From assembly GCA_016788785.1 (NCBI GenBank), contig JAEUSM010000017.1:317670-381669 (forward strand): a stretch of 64,000 nt of DNA, in the 5' to 3' direction. Positions 19,525 through 29,444 of this stretch are shown here, one piece after another. The translations under genes were made by a program, and so were the position numbers. Source of the stretch: Candidatus Kapaibacterium sp. Its GTDB lineage: Bacteria; Bacteroidota; Ignavibacteria; Kapaibacteriales; JAEUSM01. The first letter of the stretch is position 1. Every line of letters starts with the position of its first letter. A model generated the notes under the pieces. It ran no database searches and had not been told where the DNA came from. It saw only the letters and a program-made list of their open reading frames with translations.

Positions 19525-20579
19525 CTTCCTTTATTCTATTCACGGTATTTGTCACACTTGTTTTGGTAACAAGTTGTCAAAATCAAAAGGACAAAGAAGG
19601 TCCTGTTGATGACAAAAAGAGTGAACAAACGACACAAAGCACTGTTTTACCTGGCGATACATCTTCAGCAAAAGAACTTGCTGGTGAAGAAAGCAAAGTA
19701 ACTTCTCTCAAATATATTCCTAAAAAAGGTGATGTATTTCGATATAAATTGACACAACTTAGCAAGGTTACACAAGAAGGTGGAGTAACGGCAACAAGTA
19801 ATTCTATCCAATATTTTACGCAAAAAGTAACCGATGTAAAAAAAGATGGTCGAGTCGAATTGTCTATCCGTTATGACTCTATCATTGTAAATAATCTTAC
19901 CGTTTCTCCGAAAATGAGGAATGAATTGACATTTGATTCTCGAAAAAAAGAAGACAAGGCTAATCCTGAGTTTAAACAATATAATGCAATTATAGGTGCA
20001 GAAGTAACTGTTTTAGTAAAACAGAATGGTGAAATAGAAGACATTATAGGTCATAAAGCAGTTTTAGAAAAAGCCTTGGGTAATAGCAAGGATTCTTTGA
20101 CTGCTCAACAGCGTGAAATGTTTGAAAATCAATTGAAAAATGAAATTTATTTAGTACCTTTACAACAAGAATTTCAATTTTATAATGACAATGGGATGAT
20201 AGATTCGTCGCAATCATGGTTCCGTGAGAATATGATTCCTATTGCTGGAATTTTCCCAGCAAAAAGTACTTTAGTGTACAAAATAGAGAATGTACGTGAG
20301 GTAAATGGTAAAAAAATTGCGACAATTTCTTCTAATATCACTACTGATATTACCAAGAAAAAACTATCACAAAATTCTGTTGAATTTGTATTGAAAAACT
20401 CGACAATTTCTGGAGTTGGTAAATCGATGGTTGACGTAGAAAAAGGGACAACTATCTATAAATCCAATACTATTTCTATGGATTTGGATGTTGAAGCTGT
20501 CAACAAAGAAAATAAAGAACAAAAACAACGTATGAAACAAAGCATCAATTCGCAAATAACTATTGAATTGATAAAATAG
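19494..20579 (+). CDS. Lipoprotein, DUF6263-like
   Basis: Lipobox LVTSC; LKYIPKKGDVFRYKL..TQKVTDV..LSIRYDSI..FDS pattern as I recall it for DUF6263 proteins. Confidence 0.6.
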   Translation: MVASKTTSTLTSFILFTVFVTLVLVTSCQNQKDKEGPVDDKKSEQTTQSTVLPGDTSSAKELAGEESKVTSLKYIPKKGDVFRYKLTQLSKVTQEGGVTATSNSIQYFTQKVTDVKKDGRVELSIRYDSIIVNNLTVSPKMRNELTFDSRKKEDKANPEFKQYNAIIGAEVTVLVKQNGEIEDIIGHKAVLEKALGNSKDSLTAQQREMFENQLKNEIYLVPLQQEFQFYNDNGMIDSSQSWFRENMIPIAGIFPAKSTLVYKIENVREVNGKKIATISSNITTDITKKKLSQNSVEFVLKNSTISGVGKSMVDVEKGTTIYKSNTISMDLDVEAVNKENKEQKQRMKQSINSQITIELIK

Positions 20580-20604
20580 TACCAATTTATACTTAAACAG
20601 TAGT

Positions 20605-22848
20605 ATGGAAGACAAAAAAATTGATTATCGCTCGGTAATTGTCGTTACTGATATTGTGATTTTGTCTTCCATTGTACTTGGAGTACTTGGGGTTCTCTAT
20701 GTTTTTGATACAGCACCAATTAAGTTCATTGGAATTGGGGTCGGTGTTATTGGAATAGTAGCACAATTGCTTTCTATTGCAAAAAGAGCAGTATCAAATC
20801 CACCTATTTCAAAAACTACGCCGGGTATTGATAGTTCACTGTATTACGCTAACTTACCGAAATACACAAAAGACCCTGCAACAAATAAGATGACCTTTGA
20901 TGATCTTCCCTCTGTTAAAGAGCAACGATCATTAATGGAAGACCCTCCTACGACAAAATACGTTGCACCATCATCTGCCAACAAAGTGAATATCTTTGAT
21001 GACAAAACAGTGATGCCAACAACAAATACTCCTCAAGAACAACCGCAACAACTGAAAAAATCTACCCTTGTTTTCGATTCATTTGATGAGGATATTCCTG
21101 CGACCGATACTACACCTCTACCAGTTGTTCAACGACCTATACCTAACCAAGTAGCTCCTCAACCACAGCAAATGCATCGTCCTGAGGTACCGTTCTCAAA
21201 ACCTACTGTTGAACGAACAGAACAACCACTATATCAAGCTCCTATAGTTGCACAACAACAACCTTTGAATACAAGCAACTCAAATCCTGATGCCCAACAT
21301 CAACAAAGAAATATTGACTCAAATAAAGAAGTTACCTCAGAATATTCTAAAGAAGAAGTTTCTGTAAAATTAGCACAATTGTTTGAAGAAACACCAAATA
21401 TTTTTTCACGTGAACCAAGAAAAGAATTCAATTATTTGGTATCTAAGGTACTCACAATCATCGCCTCCGTATTTGATACGAGAACAGTAGTGTTCTTTTG
21501 GGTCAACAAAGATAAAGAAACATTTACTTTAGAAACATACCTAACAGACGCACGATTTTTTAGTGAACAGAAAAAGTATTCGTTTGGATTTGATGGAATA
21601 AGCGATGTTGCCTCAAAAGGAAAACCAATAGTCATTACTGATATAAAAACTACGGTTGAACTGAAAATAATTCCGTATTACACCTCCGAAAGTTCCACTG
21701 GTTCTTTTATAGCAGTACCAATTTTTTTTAATAATATCGTTGTCGGAGTGGTTGCGATTGATTCGACAGAAGAAAAGAAATATACTGCCAAAACTATAGA
21801 TGCTTTAGGTAATTATACCAAGTTGATTTCTGGATTGATACAAAGTTATACTTCAAAATATGATTTGATTCAAGAAACAAAGATTTTAGAATCCGTTCAA
21901 TTATTCAAATCAATGTTTGCAAATTCTTCGTCGACAAAGGACGAAGTGATTGATGTACTTCTTGCCTCCATAGAGCAATTAGCTGTAGGTAATCCATTGA
22001 TTGGAATTTGTATGTTTGACGAGTCGATGAATGAATGGGGTATCGTTCGAACTTCGAATGCTATAAATCATCCAGAGTTGCGTTCAGCTGTAGTTGAATT
22101 AAATAATTCTTTGGTTGGACATACAATTCTTTCTGGTGCTACGGTTATTGCTCATCCACTACATCAGGAAAAAATTAGATTCTATAGTGGTGAGCCATCA
22201 ACATACAATACGTACTTCTTTAGTGTTCCTATCAAATCTATTGCAAATTGTTTTGGTGCATTGTTTTTAGAAGGTAATAATTTTGAAAGAATTTTACCAG
22301 AACAACGAAGTTTCGAGTTTTTGGCAGAACAAGTGGGTATTATTCTTGAGCAAATTGCTGTAAATGAAGCTATTCAATCTAATTCAATGGTCAATGATTT
22401 GACAGGAATTATGAATTATTCGCAATTTACAAAACGTTTGCAAGATGAGATTCTTCGAGCAACTGATTTTCGTCAAGATATTTCTATTTGTCTCATTCGA
22501 ATCGACTCAATGCAACAACGGTTAGAATCGAAACCATTGATGACACATTTGACATCATTGGTAACAAAATTTGTTCGACCGTATGATGTAGTCTCACAAA
22601 TTGATGACCAAACTATAGTAGTTTGTTTGATTTCTATGAAAGCCGAAAATGCTCGTATTTGGTCAGAGAAATTCAAAAAATCCGTTTCTATGTCTACCTT
22701 GACACTCATTGAGCGGACAGTTTCTTTGACAGTTAGTATTGGTATTTGTGAGTTTCATCCATCCTATACGGTAGAACGATTTTTATCGAATGCCGATGAG
22801 GCACTGAAAAATTCTCAAAAAAGAGGAAATTCTATAAATATTTACTAA
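20605..22848 (+). CDS. Membrane-anchored GAF-GAF-GGDEF protein with degenerate active site
   Basis: Two N-terminal TM helices, P/Q-rich linker, two GAF-like domains (FIAVPI..VVGVVAID; FFSVPI..GALFL), GGDEF fold (DLTGIMN, LTVSIGI, ADEALK) with IDDQT in place of GGDEF. Confidence 0.8.
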   Translation: MEDKKIDYRSVIVVTDIVILSSIVLGVLGVLYVFDTAPIKFIGIGVGVIGIVAQLLSIAKRAVSNPPISKTTPGIDSSLYYANLPKYTKDPATNKMTFDDLPSVKEQRSLMEDPPTTKYVAPSSANKVNIFDDKTVMPTTNTPQEQPQQLKKSTLVFDSFDEDIPATDTTPLPVVQRPIPNQVAPQPQQMHRPEVPFSKPTVERTEQPLYQAPIVAQQQPLNTSNSNPDAQHQQRNIDSNKEVTSEYSKEEVSVKLAQLFEETPNIFSREPRKEFNYLVSKVLTIIASVFDTRTVVFFWVNKDKETFTLETYLTDARFFSEQKKYSFGFDGISDVASKGKPIVITDIKTTVELKIIPYYTSESSTGSFIAVPIFFNNIVVGVVAIDSTEEKKYTAKTIDALGNYTKLISGLIQSYTSKYDLIQETKILESVQLFKSMFANSSSTKDEVIDVLLASIEQLAVGNPLIGICMFDESMNEWGIVRTSNAINHPELRSAVVELNNSLVGHTILSGATVIAHPLHQEKIRFYSGEPSTYNTYFFSVPIKSIANCFGALFLEGNNFERILPEQRSFEFLAEQVGIILEQIAVNEAIQSNSMVNDLTGIMNYSQFTKRLQDEILRATDFRQDISICLIRIDSMQQRLESKPLMTHLTSLVTKFVRPYDVVSQIDDQTIVVCLISMKAENARIWSEKFKKSVSMSTLTLIERTVSLTVSIGICEFHPSYTVERFLSNADEALKNSQKRGNSINIY

Positions 22849-23854
22849 AATCATTAAGTACTGTAGTAATTTTTTCTGCTGCTTGTGATAAAGTAAATTC
22901 AACTGGCAAGGTTCCCCCAGCAGCATTGAAATGTCCTCCTCCACCAAAAACTTTTGCAACTTGATTCGCTGGAAAATCTCCCTTTGATCGAAATGACAAT
23001 TTGATTCTGTTCACATCTTCTATCATCATTACTGCCAATTTTACTCCTTTGATTTCCAAAAGTGATGCTACTATTCCATCTGCATGCTCTAAGGTCGTAT
23101 TTGTTTCTTTAAAATCTTGTTGTGAAATAGAAACAATACAAACTGATTCATCAAAATATAATCTCATAGATTGAAAAACTTTTCCTACCAATTTGGTTCT
23201 TCCAATTGGTGCAGAATTAATTATTTCATCATAAATGGTTACCGGATCAGCTCCATGTTGAACAAGTTCCGCAGCAATGAGAAATGTTTCTGCATCAGTA
23301 CGGGTAAATCGAAATCCACCAGTGTCTGTGTAGATTCCTGAATAAACAGCGGTAGCAAGTTTTTTAGTTGGAATAAATTGACTATCAGAAGAAAACAACG
23401 AGTATAACAATTCACAAGTAGATGGGCAATCAGTATCTACTATCGATAACTCTGCTTCAATAACAGGATCTTGATGATGATCTATGAGGATTGTTTTTTT
23501 TGATGCTGTTTGGAGTTCCTCACCCACTTTTTTTAATCGAACATAGGTATTAACATCGAGTATGATTACCAAATCTGCTAAGGAAAGTAGATGCTTATCT
23601 GTCTCTGGATTGTAATGAACTATAGCGTTTTCAGAATCTAAAAATGTCAAATTATATGGTGTTTTATCACATAATACTATCGTACTATTTTTTCCTATTG
23701 ACCGTAAATACTCTTGCATTGCAATGGTTGAACCAATAGCATCAGCATCTGGATTTTGATGTGAAGTAATGATAATGGATGAGGCTTCATCGACGAGATT
23801 TCTGAATGCCTTATATTCATTAGCTCGATTTGTACGTAAAATTGTAGAATTCAT
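22832..23854 (-). CDS. nrnA: DHH/DHHA1 phosphoesterase (NrnA-like oligoribonuclease/pAp phosphatase)
   Basis: SHQNPDADAIGS, ILDVN, IDHH, GIYTDTGGF, SFRSK, GGGGHFNAAG. Confidence 0.88.
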   Translation of the reverse strand: MNSTILRTNRANEYKAFRNLVDEASSIIITSHQNPDADAIGSTIAMQEYLRSIGKNSTIVLCDKTPYNLTFLDSENAIVHYNPETDKHLLSLADLVIILDVNTYVRLKKVGEELQTASKKTILIDHHQDPVIEAELSIVDTDCPSTCELLYSLFSSDSQFIPTKKLATAVYSGIYTDTGGFRFTRTDAETFLIAAELVQHGADPVTIYDEIINSAPIGRTKLVGKVFQSMRLYFDESVCIVSISQQDFKETNTTLEHADGIVASLLEIKGVKLAVMMIEDVNRIKLSFRSKGDFPANQVAKVFGGGGHFNAAGGTLPVEFTLSQAAEKITTVLNDFSKYL

Positions 23855-23921
23855 AAAAAACGGAATAATAATTGAGCGTTAGACAAATATATAGTAATTA
23901 GTTGGAAAATAGGTTCTCAAA

Positions 23922-24899
23922 ATGAAAAGCGTCAAGATTGTTAGTACTCCAACCTTGGAACATTCTTTTCCAGAAAAGATTTCCTTTTTATCGAATGATG
24001 TCGGTACAATTGTCATAACGAGTTATGTTCATAGTTTGCAATTGCACCATCAAGAATTCCAGCAGCAAATTCATCAATCGATAGAACAAGAATTTCAAGA
24101 TATTCTTACGGAGACGGAATTATATACCTTTCAATCGAAAATTTTACAGAAAACAGCGTTTGAAATTTGGTCGTATAATGAAAAACATCAATCATACTTT
24201 CGTTTAAGTATATCTGTTTCTATTGTAACTCCAGAGCTACTTTATTTTACATCAGTTGGTACATTGCGTTCATATTTGATACGAATGAATGAAATTCATT
24301 CGTTCTTACATAGTACGAATCTATCGGCCATTCCAATAGGTTCTGAGCCATTTTGTACGCCAACAATACTTATGGTTCCACTATCTTCAAAGGATGTCAT
24401 ATTTGTTCGTTCTACTGTTGTTCAATCACTTCTTTCGGATGAAGATTTGATGCTTCATTATAGTAAAGCAATGAACATTTTGGATAATACTACTAATGCT
24501 CTCGAATCAGTAGAATATTATTTAAAACAAAAGTCATTTGAAGTTACGACAATTGTAGAGGAATATCAACTATTGTTATTGGAAATTGTGGATGAAACTG
24601 TCGTTTTACAAAACACCCAAGAGTTACAGTCAACACTTCCAATCTTCAAACCCTTACTTTCCGGTTTGTTTATGTTGGTGTTATTACTTACAACAACTTG
24701 CTTTTTGCTATACAAAGAAGTAAAGAATCTTCATAGAATTACCGATGTTTTGATTGAAAGAAATGAAGAAATTTTGATGAATACCAGTACGAAATATATG
24801 CCGAAAGTAGAACAACTGCTTCAAAGTACGAACAAGGTAACAGCATTAGATTCTAATAAAGTTGTTACACAACTTCAAGCAAGTGAGAAAGGTAAATAG
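23922..24899 (+). CDS. Degenerate PP2C-fold protein with C-terminal TM helix
   Basis: LYFTSVGTLRSYLIR resembles PP2C LY.AHVGDSRAYL.R; KDVIFVRSTVVQSLLSDEDL resembles GD.LLLCSDGL...LSDEEI; TM LLSGLFMLVLLLTTTCFLLY. Confidence 0.55.
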   Translation: MKSVKIVSTPTLEHSFPEKISFLSNDVGTIVITSYVHSLQLHHQEFQQQIHQSIEQEFQDILTETELYTFQSKILQKTAFEIWSYNEKHQSYFRLSISVSIVTPELLYFTSVGTLRSYLIRMNEIHSFLHSTNLSAIPIGSEPFCTPTILMVPLSSKDVIFVRSTVVQSLLSDEDLMLHYSKAMNILDNTTNALESVEYYLKQKSFEVTTIVEEYQLLLLEIVDETVVLQNTQELQSTLPIFKPLLSGLFMLVLLLTTTCFLLYKEVKNLHRITDVLIERNEEILMNTSTKYMPKVEQLLQSTNKVTALDSNKVVTQLQASEKGK

Positions 24900-24905
24900 T
24901 AATAG

Positions 24906-25892
24906 TTACGTACTTTTTGATGTAAAAAGTTGTTTTGCCAAATACGCTGCTCCTAATACTCCTGAATCATTAGAAAAACTTGCAGGAACTATCTGTACTG
25001 TTGAAGCAATAGAGGGAATACAGCGTTCTTTACAAACTTTTCGAATTGTGAAAAAAAGAACTTCTCCAAATTGTGCTATTCCACCTCCAATAATCACGGT
25101 TGGTATATCTAAAATGTGTAATGCAGATGCTATTGCAATACCTAAAAGTTTTCCTACATAACCAATTATATGTAAACAATGTGGACATTTTACTACATTT
25201 GCACCATAGGAAATATCAGCGACATCAAAGTCATCTTTCTCCAATAAATATGATTTTGGAAATCGAGGAAATGTTGATTTTGCATATTCTTTTATTCCTT
25301 CTCTTCCAACGTATTCTTCTAACACCCCTTTTCTAAAAGAGGGTTTATCTACTTGGACTTCTGCATCAGGATATATAATTATATGACCAATTTCTCCAGC
25401 ACCATTAGCTACACCTCTGTAGACATCTCCATTGTAAATAATACAACCACCAACACCTGTTCCTAAGGTAATGAAAAGAAAAGAATCGATTGTTGCACCA
25501 GCACCAAGAAAAGCTTCCGCCAATCCAGCAACAGTCGCATCATTGTCGATAATGATTGGAAGCGAAAACTTTGACTCACAAAATGATTTTACATCAACAT
25601 TGTGAAAATTATTAAAATTTGGAGCTGTTACCACTACACCATCTTTTGTGACTACACCCGGAATCCCAACACCAATTGACACAATCGAACATTTATTCGC
25701 AGATGCAAATTGCAAACAGGTATTAATAGCAAGTTCTATTCGTTCTAAAACTACATCAACAGATGATTGTGAATATGTTGGAATACTGGAAGAATAAACG
25801 ACAGAACCATCAGTTGTAACTATACCAAATTTGATTGAGGATCCACCAATATCAATTCCTATATAGTGATGTTCTAAATTATTCATTAACAA
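24906..25892 (-). CDS. ROK-family sugar kinase (glucokinase-like)
   Basis: IGIDIGGS, IGVGIPG, IDNDATVAGLAE, ITLGTGVGG, AGEIGH, IIGGGIA. Confidence 0.9.
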   Translation of the reverse strand: MLMNNLEHHYIGIDIGGSSIKFGIVTTDGSVVYSSSIPTYSQSSVDVVLERIELAINTCLQFASANKCSIVSIGVGIPGVVTKDGVVVTAPNFNNFHNVDVKSFCESKFSLPIIIDNDATVAGLAEAFLGAGATIDSFLFITLGTGVGGCIIYNGDVYRGVANGAGEIGHIIIYPDAEVQVDKPSFRKGVLEEYVGREGIKEYAKSTFPRFPKSYLLEKDDFDVADISYGANVVKCPHCLHIIGYVGKLLGIAIASALHILDIPTVIIGGGIAQFGEVLFFTIRKVCKERCIPSIASTVQIVPASFSNDSGVLGAAYLAKQLFTSKST

Positions 25893-27369
25893 TTTCCTTC
25901 GTGGAAATTTGTGAGGACATATTCTTGATAAATCTGTTTTTTAATGGTGTAGCAAATAGAGTAAATGAATAAATTGGGGCGTTATTTTTATTATAAAAAT
26001 AACGAAAAATTGAGATGGAACAACCTGCATAAAGCCAAAATATTCGAGAAATAAGCGAATTTTGTGAAGTGTTCAGCCACAAGAGCATAATACCAAAATA
26101 TGGTAGTAAGTAGAGAAGTATGATATACGGATCTGAACTAAGATCCTTAAAAAAATTTCGTTCTTTGATTGAAGAAACCAACAAAGTAACCACAAAACCT
26201 AAAAAGAAAACAAAACCAAATATTCCCCATTCAGTTAAGGCTTGAATAAATCCAGAATCGGTATAAATAATCTGACCATAATACGAAGGATAATACATAG
26301 GTGCATAGTAATAGAACATTCCAGTTCCAACACCAAAAAATGGTGAATCTTTCCATATTGAAACAGCCAAATTCATAGTTGAAGCTCTATAAAAGAACGA
26401 TTCTCCGGAAATCGATTCACTATGATTCAATGTTGCTACGGAGGAGATTCTTTGTTCAAATAGATTTAATAACGAGATTTTCGAAACATCCTCAATTACG
26501 TAATTGATAGGTATGAGAAGAAAAAACAAAAACAACATACTATATGCAATTTTGAGTTTTTTCTTTCCACCGTGTTCTAAAAAAAACAACATTCCAACAT
26601 AGGAAGCAATGGTCACAACAGCTGTTAATGAGAAGGTTAAAAAGTTGCCAATGATTGCACAAATTACAACAGTCCACATCAACTTTTTATTTTTTATCAA
26701 CAAGGTTGAACCCAAAAATGCACTCACCATACATATCATTAATACAGTGGAATTATACATTGCCAAATATGATGGTTCTGAAAATACGGATGTTGCTCGA
26801 TAAAAATTTTCAAAATTTAACGCTAATTGAGTTGGCAAACCATCAGGGTTTTCTAATTTCGTAATGAAGTTTACAGCGTTATATTCAAGCTGTTTCAAGG
26901 GCAAATCATACACACGAGCAATAAGTTGATATCCACCAAACAAATTGATTGGAATGGCAAAAATGATTAATCCTCGCAATCCATTTATCCAAAGTATGAT
27001 GGGAATATCCAAACCTGAACACATTATTCCAAATGATACACAATAAAGGAAATTCGTTGTTGACTTGACATATTGAAGAACATTGAGATTATCAAAATTC
27101 AAAAACATCGGATTGATAGAGCTCACCATACAGACAACAGGCAAAACAAATAGACAGAGTACAAAATACTTTTTCTCCATTTTAAATTGGTCACCATTCC
27201 AAAAGATTCTTTTCATACACCATAGTACGAAGAATAAAAAGAAAGCGTCAAAATATGTGAATGAGAAAGTAGAAATGTGAAAAATTTCATATCCAATAAA
27301 TAAGTAGGATATGAATAACGGTGGACCTATTAGTGCCGCAAGAAGTTTTGATTGAGGTTTATTGGTCAT
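25879..27369 (-). CDS. O-antigen ligase/polymerase-like (Wzy_C) membrane protein
   Basis: ~12 TM; RATSVFSEPSY, R....LAVSIWKDSPFFGVGTG, TDSGFIQALTEWGIFG. Confidence 0.75.
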   Translation of the reverse strand: MTNKPQSKLLAALIGPPLFISYLFIGYEIFHISTFSFTYFDAFFLFFVLWCMKRIFWNGDQFKMEKKYFVLCLFVLPVVCMVSSINPMFLNFDNLNVLQYVKSTTNFLYCVSFGIMCSGLDIPIILWINGLRGLIIFAIPINLFGGYQLIARVYDLPLKQLEYNAVNFITKLENPDGLPTQLALNFENFYRATSVFSEPSYLAMYNSTVLMICMVSAFLGSTLLIKNKKLMWTVVICAIIGNFLTFSLTAVVTIASYVGMLFFLEHGGKKKLKIAYSMLFLFFLLIPINYVIEDVSKISLLNLFEQRISSVATLNHSESISGESFFYRASTMNLAVSIWKDSPFFGVGTGMFYYYAPMYYPSYYGQIIYTDSGFIQALTEWGIFGFVFFLGFVVTLLVSSIKERNFFKDLSSDPYIILLYLLPYFGIMLLWLNTSQNSLISRIFWLYAGCSISIFRYFYNKNNAPIYSFTLFATPLKNRFIKNMSSQISTKEIVNE

Positions 27370-29425
27370 TTGTTTTTTGCAAAAATGTTACAATCTCATT
27401 TTGACCTACTATTGGCTCTAAACAAGAGAAGTTTGTACAATAATACAGAGAAATCTCTCCATTAACAAGAGGTTTTGTACTTATAGAAGCAGGGGTGACA
27501 GTATAAAAGGAATGAAATGAGTATTGTTTCAAAAGCTCAATAATGTCCGAGTAATTAGCTTCCAAAGAAGGTACAACAAGATGTGCCACATTGGTTGAAC
27601 TTTCTAACAAATCAGCAACAACGACGTACATTGCATAACCAAGAGGATACGATTCTATGGAAGAAACCACTGCAGAAACTATGTTTTGTGCATAGTTGAG
27701 AAACAGATGATTTTCTTTGGTGATTCCAACTTTGGCAAAGACATAAGCAAGTAAAGAGTTATTCGATGGTATTGCACCATCATACGTGCTTTTCATACGT
27801 AAGAATAATTGTTCTTTTGCTTGAGAGGAAGTATCAAAGAATAATTTCGACTCACCATCATAAAATTGCTCAACCGCAATATGTAACATTTTCTCACAGT
27901 TGTCTAAAAACTCATTTTTTCCTGTTGCTTGGTATAGTTCAAAAAGTCCCCAAGTAACACTAGCATAATCACAAAGCATTCCGTCTATGCCAACTTCTGA
28001 ATCTCTATACCGATGATATAGTTTTTTGTTATCATTGAAGAAAGTTTCAATAACAAACTTCTGAGTTTTCATTGCTAAATCAATATATTCTTGATTAGAA
28101 CAAATTCTTCCAGCAATAGAAAGAGCAGCAATGAATAGTCCATTCCAATCTGCAAGAATTTTGTCATCTAAAAATGGTCGGACTCGTTTTGAGCGATGAG
28201 TACACAACTGTTGTTGAATTCTACGGATTTGTTCTTCTAAAAAATCAGGATTTAAATCATTTGCAATAGCATATTCCGACAAAAATCCATTAAGAAAGAG
28301 AATATTACTGCCAGTTTTTTGACCTGTGTGTTCCTCAAAAAAGTTGCCATCATCTTGACAATTGAAGAGTGAAATAACCAATTGAGCATCATCTTCATTT
28401 AATACTTCTCGAAGTTCAGTGGTCGTCCAAATATAGAACAAGCCTTCTTCACCCTCACTATCAGCATCTTCAGCGGAATAAAAACCACCATTTGGAGATT
28501 TCAAAATTGATGTACAATAGTGAATTGTTTCCTCTATAACTTGTTTGTACAGCTCTTCTCCTGTAACCCAATATGCCTCTGCATACGCAACAATGAGCAT
28601 TGCTTGGTCATAAAGCATTTTCTCAAAGTGAGGTAATAACCATTCTCTATCAGTACTATAGCGATGAAACCCACCACCAATTTGATCAAACATCCCACCA
28701 AATCGCATTGATTGTAAAGTCTTTTCGACCATAAATCTAGCTTCTTTTGTTCCATTTCGTTTATGAAAACGAAGTAAAAAAAGATATTTATGGGGAGTGG
28801 GAAACTTTGGCGATTTACCAAATCCGCCAAAATGCGTGTCAAATGATTGCCAAAACGCCTGAAATGTATCAGAAAATAAGGTGCTTTCAATTGCTTTTGG
28901 AGGTTTGGATTCAATACGTTCTTGCATTCTTTCAACAATCTGCTGACTTGTTTCTATGACCCTATCATGTTCATTCTTCCAAATTTCAGCAACTCTTGTC
29001 AAAATATCTTTGAATCCGGGTCTACCTCCTCGAGATTCTTTAGGGTAATATGTTCCGGCAAAAAAGGGTTGTTTGGATGGAGTCATGAATACCGTCAAAG
29101 GCCATCCACCATGTCCATTCATTGCTTGGCAAACTTCCATATATACGGCATCAATGTCTGGTCGTTCTTCTCTATCTACTTTGATGGAAATAAACGAAGT
29201 ATTGAGAATATTTGCAGTTTCTTGGTCAACAAAGGATTCATGTTCCATAACATGACACCAATGACATGTTGCATAGCCAATACTTAAAAATATTGGTTTG
29301 CCTTCTTGTTCTGCTCGTTCAAAAGTAGCATCGTTCCATGCTTGCCAATGAACAGGATTAGATGCATGTTGCAAAAGATATGGACTTTTCTCTAAATGGA
29401 GAAGATTGCCTTGAGAGGTGCTCAA
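27359..29425 (-). CDS. Thioredoxin-domain protein, YyaL/SSP411 family
   Basis: NLLHLEKSPYLLQHASNPVHW, GYATCHWCHVMEHESF, KVDREERPDID, GGWPL, PHFEKMLYDQA. Confidence 0.92.
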   Translation of the reverse strand: MSTSQGNLLHLEKSPYLLQHASNPVHWQAWNDATFERAEQEGKPIFLSIGYATCHWCHVMEHESFVDQETANILNTSFISIKVDREERPDIDAVYMEVCQAMNGHGGWPLTVFMTPSKQPFFAGTYYPKESRGGRPGFKDILTRVAEIWKNEHDRVIETSQQIVERMQERIESKPPKAIESTLFSDTFQAFWQSFDTHFGGFGKSPKFPTPHKYLFLLRFHKRNGTKEARFMVEKTLQSMRFGGMFDQIGGGFHRYSTDREWLLPHFEKMLYDQAMLIVAYAEAYWVTGEELYKQVIEETIHYCTSILKSPNGGFYSAEDADSEGEEGLFYIWTTTELREVLNEDDAQLVISLFNCQDDGNFFEEHTGQKTGSNILFLNGFLSEYAIANDLNPDFLEEQIRRIQQQLCTHRSKRVRPFLDDKILADWNGLFIAALSIAGRICSNQEYIDLAMKTQKFVIETFFNDNKKLYHRYRDSEVGIDGMLCDYASVTWGLFELYQATGKNEFLDNCEKMLHIAVEQFYDGESKLFFDTSSQAKEQLFLRMKSTYDGAIPSNNSLLAYVFAKVGITKENHLFLNYAQNIVSAVVSSIESYPLGYAMYVVVADLLESSTNVAHLVVPSLEANYSDIIELLKQYSFHSFYTVTPASISTKPLVNGEISLYYCTNFSCLEPIVGQNEIVTFLQKTNDQ

Positions 29426-29444
29426 TGAGATTTTTCTTTAAAGT

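Noticed and set aside
20605-23854. Functional c-di-GMP module of GGDEF protein plus DHH phosphoesterase
   Set aside because: The genes are convergent with a 17-nt overlap, NrnA-like genes are housekeeping, and the GGDEF looks inactive; adjacency alone is not evidence.
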